Origin: Vicugna vicugna
Taxonomy: Eukaryota
DNA length: 64,000 nucleotides
Assembly: GCA_013265495.1 (NCBI GenBank)
Contig: MU057947.1
Span: forward strand, 940,048-1,004,047
Reading direction: 5' to 3'
The notes under the pieces were generated by a model that was given only the letters and a program-made list of their open reading frames with translations, had not been told where the DNA came from and made no database searches. Below, one piece after another: positions 26,820 to 38,201 of the stretch. The position numbers and the translations under genes were made by a program. The first letter of the stretch is position 1; every line of letters begins with the position of its first letter.

Positions 26820-27920
26820 CTCCAGTCTTCGGGAGCACCCGGGCCCGCACCTCTGCGCAGGCGCGGCCCCGCCCACCACGCCCCGCCCCAGCAGGTGCGC
26901 GCGGCCCGCTCCGGCCAGGCTCCTCACAGGGAGGGCGCCCGGAGACTTGAGGCCCGGTGGGGACACGCCCAGGGGCGCCGCTTCCCCTTCCTAATGCATA
27001 GGCCCCGGGGGCTCACCGCGTCCCCTGGAACCTGCAGCTCCTCTGGCCTCCGCCGTCGCCACCGGCCCAGCGGCAGGGTGTCCATGCGGCCCCAGGCCCG
27101 AGCTCGCCCGGTCTCTCATCGCCACCGGCCGCAGGCCACGCCCTCCTCGCCCACGTGCCCTGAGGGAGCCAATGAGGGTCTGGGGGCGGGGCGCCGCCGG
27201 GAACTCGTGAGACCCGGCGGGCCGGGGCGGCAGGCAGGAGTAGTGGAGGCCAGAACCTGGTGAGACGAAGGGATGGCTGCTCCAGGTCGTCGTTTCGGGA
27301 AGAGAGCTGGCCTGTCACTTCTCCAATCACTGAGTCGGCCTCGGGGGTCCATGTACCCTACTCTTAAGGTCCCGCCACGATTCGACTGCAGACCTTGGAT
27401 CGGCTGGAGGAGCGCCCGCCTCCTCTTTCTTGTGATTGGTCGCTGAGCCCGGTGTGATGCCGTCTTCCTGCGGCTGATTGGCTGATAGATGGCGCCGCGG
27501 GCCTATCAGCATGAGAGAGGCCTTGGCGTCTCTGGGAGTTGTAGTCCCTGGAGGCCGCCTCACTTCAGGGAGGGTACCGCTGTGCGGCAACGCAGGGGCT
27601 GCTGCAGCCGGGTTTTGCCCGGTGCACGGTGGCTTCTTGTCCGGAAGCCCCGGGAGCGCCTTGCTTTTCTGAGGCTGCAGGCCTGAGCTGCCAGGGCCCT
27701 CGGGCTGCGCCATCGGGGATGGGATTCCGGCTGTGCGCCTTCCCCAAACCGCGGGCATCGTCCCAACTCTGCCGAGCTCACTGTGCTCATCGCAGGGAGC
27801 CAAGGGCCAGGAGTCGGCCAACTGCCCGAGCTGGAGCGTGCGCAGGTTCGGCCGGCCCCCGCACCCCACCGCGAAGCTCTCGCCCCGTTCTGCACCAAAG
27901 CGCCGAGCCCGAGTTCATTC
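26820..27920. promoter_or_regulatory. CpG island / promoter of C10orf143
   Basis: Dense CpG and high GC. GC boxes (GGGGCGGGGC near 27183), several CCAAT/ATTGG boxes (near 27169, 27324, 27435, 27477), and a ZNF143-type CTGGGAGTTGTAGTC at 27532-27546. Confidence 0.85.
27017..27085 (-). CDS. C10orf143: C10orf143 ortholog, coding exon 1 (MDTLPLGRWRRRRPEELQVPGDA)
   Basis: ATG at 27085-27083 inside a CpG island; 23 codons, then a GTGAGC donor at 27016. The peptide resembles the human C10orf143 N-terminus as I recall it ([23 protein letters not shown]), and the position upstream of GLRX3 matches human synteny. Confidence 0.88.
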
Positions 27921-28169
27921 CTGGTTAATGAAAATTGGTGTAAGTCAGCCCTTTGCCAGTGATTGGTTTGTGGATCTGTTGAGGGCAGTGCTCTGGGAGA
28001 AGAGGTTCCTTACTGTTTAGAAGAGTGGTTGGGGTCTGCGTTCTTTCCTGCTGTTGTTGCCAGTGTAAGCTTCCTGGAGCTGCTGCAGCCTTCTCATCAC
28101 CATGAGGGCAGTTGGCGGGAAACCTAGTGGCAAGTAGGAAAGCATCTAGGCCCGAACATGAGCTTCTGA

Positions 28170-28488
28170 AGAACAAAACATAAATACAGAACAGATACAG
28201 ACTCATAGACATAGAATACAAACTTGTGGTTTCCAAGAGGGTAGGGGGTGGGAAGGGACAGACTGGGATTTTAAAATGCAGAATAGATAAACAAGATCAT
28301 ACTGTATAGCACAAGGAAATATATACAAGAACTTGTGGTAGCTCATAGTGAAAAAAAAGTGACAATTAATATGTATATGTTCATGTATAACTGAAAAATT
28401 GTGCTCTACACTAGAATTTAACACATTGTAAAATGACTATAACTCAATAAAAAATGCAAAATAAAATAAAATAAAATAAAATAAAATA
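28170..28488 (+). mobile_element. Young L1 3' UTR fragment with (AAAAT)n tail
   Basis: Closely similar to 15035-15340. Confidence 0.9.
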
Positions 28489-28811
28489 GAGGGTTATTTG
28501 ACAACCAGGAAAAAAAAAAAGAGTTCTGGACATGGGTGGTGGTGATGGTTGCAAAACAAGGGAATGTGTTTAATGCTGATGAACTGTACCTTTAAGAATG
28601 GTTAAAATGGTCAATTTACGTTATGTGCATTTAACCGCAAAAAAAATAAATGTGTTAACTACTAAAAGAAAAGTTGTATCTCCATGCACCATTTCCAGTC
28701 ATCTTGCACACCACCTCCAGGGAAAGTGGCTCTCAGGAGGAAGGCACCTGAGTTACAATTACACCCTCTAACTTCCAGCACCTAGACAAGCTGCTTTGAC
28801 CTTTCAGTATT

Positions 28812-29847
28812 TTTTTTATTTAACATTTTTTATTGATTTATAATCATTTTACAATGTTGTGTCAAATTCCAGTGTAGAGCCACAATTTTTCAGTTATACA
28901 TGAACATATATACATTCATTGTCACATTTTTTTCTCTGTGAGCTACCGCAAGATCTTGTGTATATTTCCCTGTGCTATAGAGTATAATCTTGTTTACCTA
29001 TTCTACAATAATTCTACAATAATCCCATCTATCCCTTCCCACCCTCCGCCCCCTTGGCAAACACAAGTTTGTATTCTATGTCTATGAGTCTGTTTCTGTT
29101 TTTATTTATGCTTTCTTTGTTTTTGTTTTGTTTTGTTTTTAGATTCCACATATGAGCGATCTCATATGGTATTTTTCTTTCTCTTTCTGGCTTACTTCAC
29201 TTAGAATGACATTCCCCAGGAGCATCCATGTTGCTGCAAATGGCGTTATGTTGTCAGTTTTTATGGCTGAGTAGTATTCCATTGTGTAAATATACCACTT
29301 CTTCTTTATCCAGTCATTCGTTGATGAACACTTAGGCTGTCTCCATGTCTTGGCTATTGTAAATAGTGCAGCTATGAACATTGGGGTGCAGGTGTCATCC
29401 TGAAGTAGATTTCCTTCTGGATATATGCCCAGGAGCGGGATTCCTGGTCATATGGTAAATCTATTCCTAGTCTTTTGAGGAATCTCCATACTGTTTTCCA
29501 CAGTGGCTGCACCAAACTGCATTCCCACCAGCAGTGTAGGAGGGATCCCCTTTCTTCACAGCCTCTCCAGCATTTGTCATTTGTGGATTTTTGAATCATG
29601 GCCATTCTGACTGGTGTGAGGTGATACCTCATTGTAGTTTCGATTTGCATTTCTCTGATAATTAGTGACATTGAGCATTTTCTCATGTGCCTATTGATCA
29701 TTTGTATGTCTTCCTTGGAGAATTGCTTGTTTTAGGTCTTTTGCCCGTTTTTGGATTGGGTTGTTTGGTTGTTTCTTATTAAGTCGTATGAGCTGCTTAT
29801 ATATTCTGGAGATCAAGCCTTTGTCAGTTTCATTTGCAAAAATTTTC
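28812..29847 (-). mobile_element. Young 5'-truncated L1, TSD TCAGTATT
   Basis: Frameshifted ORF2 C-terminus (ORFs 29372-29701 and 29139-29381), 3' UTR, polyT; TSD at 28804-28811 and 29848-29855. Confidence 0.93.
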
Positions 29848-30197
29848 TCAGTATTCTTAAACATATATATTTATCAGTGGGATGCTCTGAGTTTTCAGTG
29901 AGGTACCATCTGTACAGTGCCAAGCACGATGCCTGGTACGCAGCAGGCTCACTGCAGCTGGCCTGACTACCTCTAGTCTTTTCCCACCCGGCACTGGGTC
30001 ATTGGGATTCCAGGAAGTTTCTGGGGAGATTTTGTTTGCTTAACTAGTGAGGTGTGCTTGGGGGAGGTGTTCACTCCTGAGCCTCAGTTCCCTCATCTGT
30101 AAAATAGGAATAAACCTTCCAGGGAAGTCAGAGCTTCAAGGAGTAGCTGTGGGTTGCCTTGAATATCATGCTCAGCTCAGCCTCCCAACGGGGAGGC

Positions 30198-30220
30198 TGT
30201 GTGTGTGTGTGTGTGTGTGT
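30198..30220. repeat. (TG)n microsatellite
   Basis: About 11 TG units visible. Confidence 0.9.
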
Positions 30221-31588
30221 TATGAGAAAGGGGTGAGAAACAGTTTTGATTCAACTGCTCCAAAGCCATTACGTCTACTCATCCATTGACCTAACTTTCC
30301 TCCTGTCCATCTTTAAAGGCCTCTTTAAAAAACTGCTTCCTCTGCTTATCTTGTTGGAGAATATGTAGACACACACACATACATAACCTGTCACACAGAG
30401 CCTGGCACATAGTAAGTGTTTAATAAATGCTCTTTCCTTTCCTTCTTGCCCTTTTGTTTAAAAAAAAAAATCCCAGAATTTCCTTGGGCACTAGTAGAGG
30501 TTATGTTTTTTTTTGAAACGCACAATTTCTTTAGATATTGTATCAGAACGTTGGGCCTCATCTTTGCCTGGAGATGTTTCCCCAAACAGCAACGGCTGTC
30601 TCCTTCTCATTTTTCGGATGTTGAGAGCACAGTTCGTCCCCGAGAGAAGCCTTGTGACGCCTACCTCCATCTGCCCGGTTCCGGTCCTCCAGGGCCCTCG
30701 TGGCTGGCGGCAGCCTTCTTTATTGGCTGATGTTCCATATCCCCTCCAGGAGGGCTGTTCTCCCCGGGGCAGAGCCAGGCCTGCAGCCAGCACTCAAAAA
30801 TGACTGTCCACCGGGCCTTAACAGACTTCAGGGGTCAGTTTTGCTCCACTGATTTCCCTTCATCCTCACAGCCACGCTTCGGGGCTCTCTTCGTGTTCAG
30901 ATAAACAGGGAGACAAACGTCAGGCTGGGCGAGGTCGCCCCATCGCCTGGGGCTGCAGGGCTGGAGCGGCAGACCTGAGCGCGGACACGGCGCTGCCTGG
31001 ATCTCCAGCCCTTCTGCTGCCTCTGCGTTTGCTTCCGGTGGAAGGCCCCCCTGCTGAGCTGCCAGGCCTCCTGAAACCCGGTGAGTTTGATCAAACAAAT
31101 AACAACAACACTTCCAGCTCCGCCAGGTGCCCCCAGGGCCTGAATCTCACAGCACGAGTTTCTCAGAGAGTGCAAAGCCCCAGTCCGCTGTCTCCAGGTG
31201 AGCCTCTGCTGTACTGGGCAGGAGTCATCCTTATTCTGAACACCCGCCATTGCATTTGAAGTGGCTTATGCATGGAAGTGTGCGGCCAAAAAGAAAAATC
31301 TGTATTCCCAGGCCCCAGTGCCCAGGTTGGGTACTCAGCGCAAAGTGGTGAGTGAACGAGTTCAGCAAGTTAGCTGTGTGCCACCTGCTCCAGCCACGGC
31401 CTGGGGAGGCCTCCGTGTTGGGGCCCCTGCCCTCCTGCCTCCTCTGGGCTGTCGTCAGCTAAAGACGTCTAACATCTCTGGGATGTGATGGAAAATGAAA
31501 CAGTGGGAAAGCACAAGCCCCTCACTGGTCCACCTCTTGTCTTTGTAATTACATCTTATGTTTCCAAGCTCCAATCGGACTGTTACTA

Positions 31589-31798
31589 TTACAGATACAC
31601 ACTACTATATATAAAATAGATAAACAGCAAGTTTCTACTGTACAGCACTGGGAACTATATTCAGTACCTTGTAGCCACTTATAATGAAAGCGAATATGAA
31701 AACGAACGTACGTATGTGTATGTATGACTGAAACATGATGCTGTGCACCAGAAACTAACACAACATTGTCAACTGACTCTACTTCAATAAAAAAAAAA
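31589..31798 (+). mobile_element. Young L1 3'-tip, TSD GTTACT
   Basis: ataaaatagataaacagcaag...acttcaataaaaaaaaaa; GTTACT on both sides. Confidence 0.85.
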
Positions 31799-32380
31799 GT
31801 TACTCAAGAGTGGCTGGTCAGAACTGCCCACAGGACTGCACTCTCATCTTCTGCCTCCGTCTTCATCTCTGCGGCACACGGTGACTCGGGAGGGGGGCAC
31901 TCGCTGTGCAAGGAGCTCCGTTCCTAGGGGCTGAGAGTCTGAGGGATGCCTGTCTCTCTGGAAGGTCAGCGCGTGTTTGTCCTGCTGACAGTGGTGGTTT
32001 TAATCCAATGTCAGTTTAGCTCAGGGTGTTTTGTCTTAAGGTGAGACTCAGTATAAGATTTTTCTAAAGGCAATTCTTACAATGATCCAGGGATATATCA
32101 TTAAGGCAAATAGTAATCATAACAGTAATAATAACCCATCATTTTCAACTTTCAAAATAACATCTCTACATGGAGACCTTTGTGGTCTAAGCCATTTCCC
32201 TAAATTATTTCTTGACATTGTAAACACGCTCTTCAGGGATGACCAAAAGTAGATGATTCTTTAAAAGACTTTATGACCAGAGCAAATTAGAGATTTGTGT
32301 GAAACTGTATAATGTATGTGCCCCCATCCATTCCACAATGTGACTGTAAACACTTGCTATATACAGTAGGCAAGAATTTT

Positions 32381-32514
32381 ATTTGTGGTGTTTTTTGTGG
32401 GGGATGGTAATTAGGTATATCTATGCATTTATTTTAATGGAGGTACTGGGGATTGAACCCTGGACCTCAAGCATGCTGGACATGCACTCCACCACTGAGC
32501 TATACCCCCCCCCC
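32381..32514 (-). mobile_element. tRNA-derived SINE (camelid-type)
   Basis: ggaggtactggggattgaaccc...accactgagctatacccc; TSD aggcaagaatttta / aggcaaggacttta. Confidence 0.9.
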
Positions 32515-32615
32515 AGGCAAGGACTTTAGAGACTGTCATTTTGCATTTTCTACATAGGTGCTGTAGAAAAATTAAAATCTTAATAAAGCACAAATGTGCC
32601 CTCTAAAATCTTTAA

Positions 32616-32700
32616 GGGGGAGGGCATAGCTCAGTGGTAGCGTCTGGATTCCATCTCCAGTACCTCCATTAAACAAACAAACCTAATTACCCCCCGCCCC
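32616..32700 (+). mobile_element. Internally deleted tRNA-derived SINE
   Basis: ggggagggcatagctcagtggtag...ccagtacctccattaaa...cctaattacccc. Confidence 0.82.
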
Positions 32701-34080
32701 TGTAAAAATCAACAGCTTGAGATTTGAAATAGAAAATATTCATTGTGTTCCATTTTACCTCACCCCTGCTTCTGATCGCGTGGTAATGATTGCTAAATGC
32801 CAGGCACCAGTGTACTTTCCATGCTATGCTACGTCTGTTTCCACAATAGGTTGGAATTTTAGCATGATGTTTTATATTTCATCCTACAGTTTTTTCATTT
32901 ACAAGTGTATGAAGTCACACTGGCTATGTCTGAGCATCCGTTTTTGGCACATACATTTTCATGTAAATTATAGTGTATTTTGCCTCTTGGTTCTCACGAC
33001 ATAGCAAGGAGAAAACCTCAGCGTGTGGAAATATGGCTGATGCTGCGTTAGTGTGTGGGTTGGAAATAATAAGGATTATAAATGACTCGGCAGGTAGAGA
33101 AAATGAGGGGAGAAGACTTACCGGGAAGAGGTAAAAAAGCTCGCTTCTTTACGCACAGCTGAAAGAAGCCACCATGAAAGATGTATTACTAGTCATCTTT
33201 TTATTTCTGAGGCGTTTTTATTAACCCCTTTTTATCAATCAAAAGAAACCGATGGCCAGTGGATGCCCTATTTTCTGACTATTTGAGGTTATAAAACAAA
33301 AGGCAAGGCACACAAACTCACATCCTACATTTTCTGGTAAATAAGAGACAAACCCCTCCAAAGAGACTGCTAAATAGTGGTAAAGACTTTTACGGCCGCC
33401 CCTTAAAGCAACGTTTCATTTAAGGACCGGAGCAGGCCTGGGGCTTGTTTGGACTTGGCTTCCCTCTGCTGTGCGAGCAGGTATTCCAGAACGCTGTTAT
33501 TTAATATTTATGTCCCATCATAAAAGGACGTATTTCTGTAGGGTAAGTACAGTTACGCCCAACAATAACTCGGCCCTGGGTAAGGAACGATGTGATAACT
33601 GAGCCAAGGGGAGGAAACAGCGGGTGGCCAGGAGTCCACGGGAAGTGCGTCCAGTCTTTTCTAGCTGTGATGCGGTGACGGAGTATGTGCGGAAACTGGA
33701 AAATCAGTGCGGCATCCAGATGGGCCAGAGCATCCTCCTGGTCCTCCCCGGTCTGGGAGGAGGCCGGAGAGCTTGAGACAACAAGAATAAAACACTGCAG
33801 TTTAGAAGATGGGGCCAAGAAGGGCTTCCCCGTGGAGGGGCTGGGGATGCGAGGGGAGCCCACTGAAGCTCCCTGACGCCGGGAGACATGCCCTGAGGGC
33901 GGCTGTGGCCTGACTCCTGGCCAGCTGGGCACCTGGCCGAGCTGTTCGCTCGGGTTGTGGGGAGTCGGCCAGACGGGCTGCTTTGTCTCTCAGACCCAGG
34001 CTGCAAAGGCCTTCTCATTTTAGGGCCCCTCACTTCTGCCTCTTATCAGAGGAAGGAGACAACTTCCCCCCTGTTATTCA

Positions 34081-34213
34081 TTTCTTTATTTATTTATTTT
34101 GGGGGGAGGTAATTAGGTTTACTTATTAATTTCCAGAGGAGGTACTGGGGATTGAACCCAGGACCTTGTGTATGCTAAGCATGTGCTCTACCACTTGAGT
34201 TATACCCTCCCCC
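34081..34213 (-). mobile_element. tRNA-derived SINE (camelid-type)
   Basis: Same family motifs: gtaattagg, ggtactggggattgaacccagg, ctctaccact. Confidence 0.9.
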
Positions 34214-37200
34214 TATTTCTTAGTTCAACAGCTATGAACTGAAAAAAGACTGTATGTCATGTTGGCAATTCTAAAGGCAGTGCTGGCATCGACATTTTTA
34301 AATGAGATATTTGTTCTAATTAAAATAGTTAAGCATATTTCATACAAATGAGTGAATAACAGATACTGATTTAAACAGGCTACTAATGGAGTCACCAAGT
34401 TCCTGCTTTACTCTGGTGAAAAGACACAACCACAGAGTTTTCAACTTTAGCTACTTTATCATGAGAACATGAAATACTGACCCTTTATTTTCTATCCATC
34501 CTACAGGGCAAGAGAGCCATTTAAAAACAGTGGTTTGCTCTTTTCCTTTCCTGCGTGTTTGCTTCTAGAGGAAGGAATTTAAGTCAGCAGTCAGATCATC
34601 CCAGCCATCGTAATCCGAGGTGGGCGAGCCAATTTGGAGACCATCAGAACTGGAAATGCTTTTAGAATTTGAAGCAAATCCAAATCTGCTCACAGCATCC
34701 AGGGTTACATTATTATTTCACCACCTTCCCGGAATTGCCCTGAGATTCCCTGAGAGCAACTGCAGACCCGCAGGCACAGGGCTCCCAGCTGCCTGAGAGG
34801 GGAGCTGAGAGCACCCCCATCCCTGCCCCATCCTGCCCACTGGACTCCAGCTGGGGACGCTGTGGCCAGACTGCTCTGGAAGAGGTTCAAGAATACAGGT
34901 TTCCAATGGTTAAAAAAACCAAACCAAACCAAACCTGGTGTTTCTAGGGGAAAATGTCGTCACGGTATTTTGGAAGATAGTGAGGCTGGTAAGGAAGTCA
35001 CTGTAGGTGTGGCAGACTTCTGAGGCATTTTGTCGAACATAAGACGATCATGGTTGTCGATTTAAAGTTAAACCAGTCAGCTGTCCCAGCTGGGATGACT
35101 TCTGCCTCGTGTGAGAGAACCACCGATTGACCAGGACTGGGTGCATTCGTTAAGGGATGTGAGTTCTCAGCGTTCCCAGATCTCTGTACCCTGAATTCCA
35201 CAGGCAGGCAGGGCCAGCCCTGCTCACTGTGACTGCTGGACACTTCAGACGTCCACTCTGGAAGGTCACATCTCCAGGCAGAAGCAGGACGGTGGGACGG
35301 AGGGGCCGTGAGCGCAAAGGAGGCAGCGTTGGGGGGAGGGTCCCCTGAGACGTGAAGTCTTGGGAGCCACACAGCCTGAGAGAACTTCTCAGCCCTCTTA
35401 AGAATTCTCTCATATTTTGACAAGGGATGTTGCTTGTGACACCAAGGCCAACTTGTTTGTATCCTTAGTATCTCAAATTTGAAACAAGAGTTTTACAAAT
35501 AGGAGCAGAAAATTAACTCCAAATGGACCTGGAGAATAAACACACAGACACACAGGCACACACACGTACACAACCCTGTTTATATGCAAAACGTTTTTGA
35601 CTCAAGACGACACGCAGCTGCGGACACACAGTGACTACGATGCTTGTGATCCACGTAAAGCACCATCGAAAGTGCGTCTGGGGGATCGCGTGGGGACTGA
35701 AGCTTCGGTAGACAAAGATGCGTGTGGCAGGGTGTGTGCAAGCTCTCCTCTCTGCACGTCCTCCCCCAGTGCTCGCGGCTGTCACACGTACAGTGCAGAC
35801 TCTGTACATTTTTAGGACCCCAATACACTCCCGACTGAACAAAGGAGGTGGGAGAAGGTGTTAAAAATTGGCAGGTCGGGGGTGGGGCATGTTTTCGGGG
35901 GTCAGCACAGCCTTTGCAGATGCAGCACAGATTGTGTTAATTCTGAACTGCAGCGTCTCTAGCTCGAATAAAGAAACCGCTCGACAAAGGATGCGCCTTC
36001 CCCAGCCTGGAGAGGCGGCTGATGCCACCTACAGCCTGTGAACTGGCTCTGCAACCGGCACCTGCACCCCTGGCTGGTCCTCGATGGGACAGATGAGAAT
36101 TGATGCAGGGGTTGGAAGACCAGCAGTCAACTCTCAGGATGAATTGTTCTCTGATAAACTGTAAGCAACTAGAAATGTGCTTAAAAATTATTTTGACTAA
36201 AGGGTTTTTCAAGATTGTAGCAATTGGATCAAAATTTGTGAAATACATTTCTTACAAATATATTTCTTCTAGAGAGGACCTGATGGGATGTGGTTATATC
36301 TTTTTTTTTTTTAACGTATAGCAGCCCCCAGACGTTCAGCGCTGCTGGATTAGGTCAGCGGGTATGTGCTCATCCGCACAGTCTTATCTTCTTAGGCAAA
36401 ACGGGATTACTGTGAAATCATCAGGTGACACACACTTCTGAAAAGAAATGAAATGTACTTTTATTGGTGGGGCCAAGATGAAGTATGTCTTCAAATCTGT
36501 TTTACAAATAAGCTTGCACATAAATTGTCCATTCATGGCTTCGAAATCTTTGTTCACATTTGAGAGGCTGTCAGAGGTCCCTAATAAACATGAGTCTTAT
36601 TTAGTTTACAGGATATGCAATTCTTCTTTTCTTTGAAAATTATTATTTTTTCAAGCAAGTGCAGCAAAAATACAACCAATAAAAATCCAGCTATGGCAGC
36701 ATAAACAACCTTTACAGCCAGCATATACATTGAGTTCTTCCAATAAAAGCAGTTCCTGGTAAGGAAGGGAACAGAAAATTGGCCCATGTTGCCAAGAGCA
36801 AGCGCAGGGCCTCTAAGGGCTGAGAAAGGAAACTAACAGCCTGTTCCCGCTTCCCTACTGCGGACTCATCTTGCTCTCTGGGTGCCAGGGGAGCAGCGCA
36901 TTTGCAGGGAGGCCCTTGGGCCAAGGAGAACAAGGGCTGGTTGCTTGGTCGGATCCAGACTCCAGTTTGTCTCAACCTGATTTGTGAGGCAACCCCCCAA
37001 AGCCCATTCTTGGGGTCACCAAAACTGATGGATAGTGGGGTACAGTTCCCTGGAGGGCTCTCGAGGGGCAGAACACAGACCAGCCACCTCTCCGGTCCCC
37101 CGTGCTCGGTCCAGGCTGGTGGTCCCTCAGCAGGGCTGTGCCACGGTGGGTGGCAGGGCTGGGGTGGCCCCACGGGGGTGGACTTAGGAGGATCTGGCCC

Positions 37201-37828
37201 AGGGATTCTGCTCTGGGCTTGTGGTCAACTGTTGGGGCTCCCAGGAAGGGGCGATTGTTTCAGTGCCCAGCCACGGTCACGTGACCACGACCCCGGCTCC
37301 GGGCCAATTGCATGGACAGAGCCCAAGCCGGCAGCACAGGGCTCCAGGCGACCCCAGCCTGGCGTGGACTCCTCCCTGGCAGCTGCGTTCACAAGTTCTC
37401 AGCAGACGAGCGGGTGTTCATTTATGCCTTTTATAGTAGCTCGAAAGATGTTATCGCAGCTTGAGAACAGAAATTAAAATATGTATCCTTCAGGTGCAAA
37501 TCTACTGTACTTACAGTTTTACTGTTTCTCTGCAGGGGGGCTCCATTAATCTTGTAACAGTGGAATTCCTGAGGAAATTAATTCCCTCCAGTTGGGGTTA
37601 TTTTCAACTAGTCTTTAGGGGCGGAGTAATTGGGATTTAGGAGTCTCTCTTAAAAGGAAGGAAGAATTGGCCATTTTACTTGAGTAACAACACTTTTTAA
37701 CGCCATGCTTTGCCCATTAAAAACCCCCTGTGGGCCTCTCAGCTCCTGGAGGGTAGACCCAGACAGGTGGGAATTCAATCCCAAGTCTTCATCTACAGTG
37801 ACCAGGTGTTTTTCTCCACATGGGTTAT

Positions 37829-38201
37829 CTGTGCCCCCTCGTACTCAGCACTGTGCCCCCTCGTACTCAGCCCTGTGCCCCCTCGTACTCAGCACTGTGC
37901 CCCCTAGTACTCAGCACTGTGCCCCCAGTACTCAGCCCTGTGCCCCTAGTAATCAGCCCTGTGCCCCCTTGTACTCAGCCCTGTGCCCCTAGTACTCAGC
38001 CCTGTGCGCCCTAGTACTCAGCACTGTGCCCCTAGTACTCAGCACTGTGCCCCCTAGTACTCAGCCCTGTGCCCCTAGTAATCAGCCCTGTGCCCCCTAG
38101 TACTCAGCCCTGTGCCCCTAGTGCTCAGCACTGTGCCTAGTACTCAGCCCTGTGCCCCCTAGTACTCAGCCCTGTGCCCCCTAGTACTCAGCACTGTGCC
38201 C
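37829..38201. repeat. Minisatellite, 21-22 bp unit CTGTGCCCC(C)TAGTACTCAGC(A/C), about 17 copies
   Basis: Directly visible tandem array with variant units. Confidence 0.95.

Noticed and set aside
26658..27898. 201-aa, 180-aa and other ORFs over the first CpG island
   Set aside because: GC-driven spurious frames; only 27085-27017 has splice and homology support.
37829..38201. Regular repeat array superficially like CRISPR
   Set aside because: No unique spacers and a mammalian context; it is a head-to-tail minisatellite.
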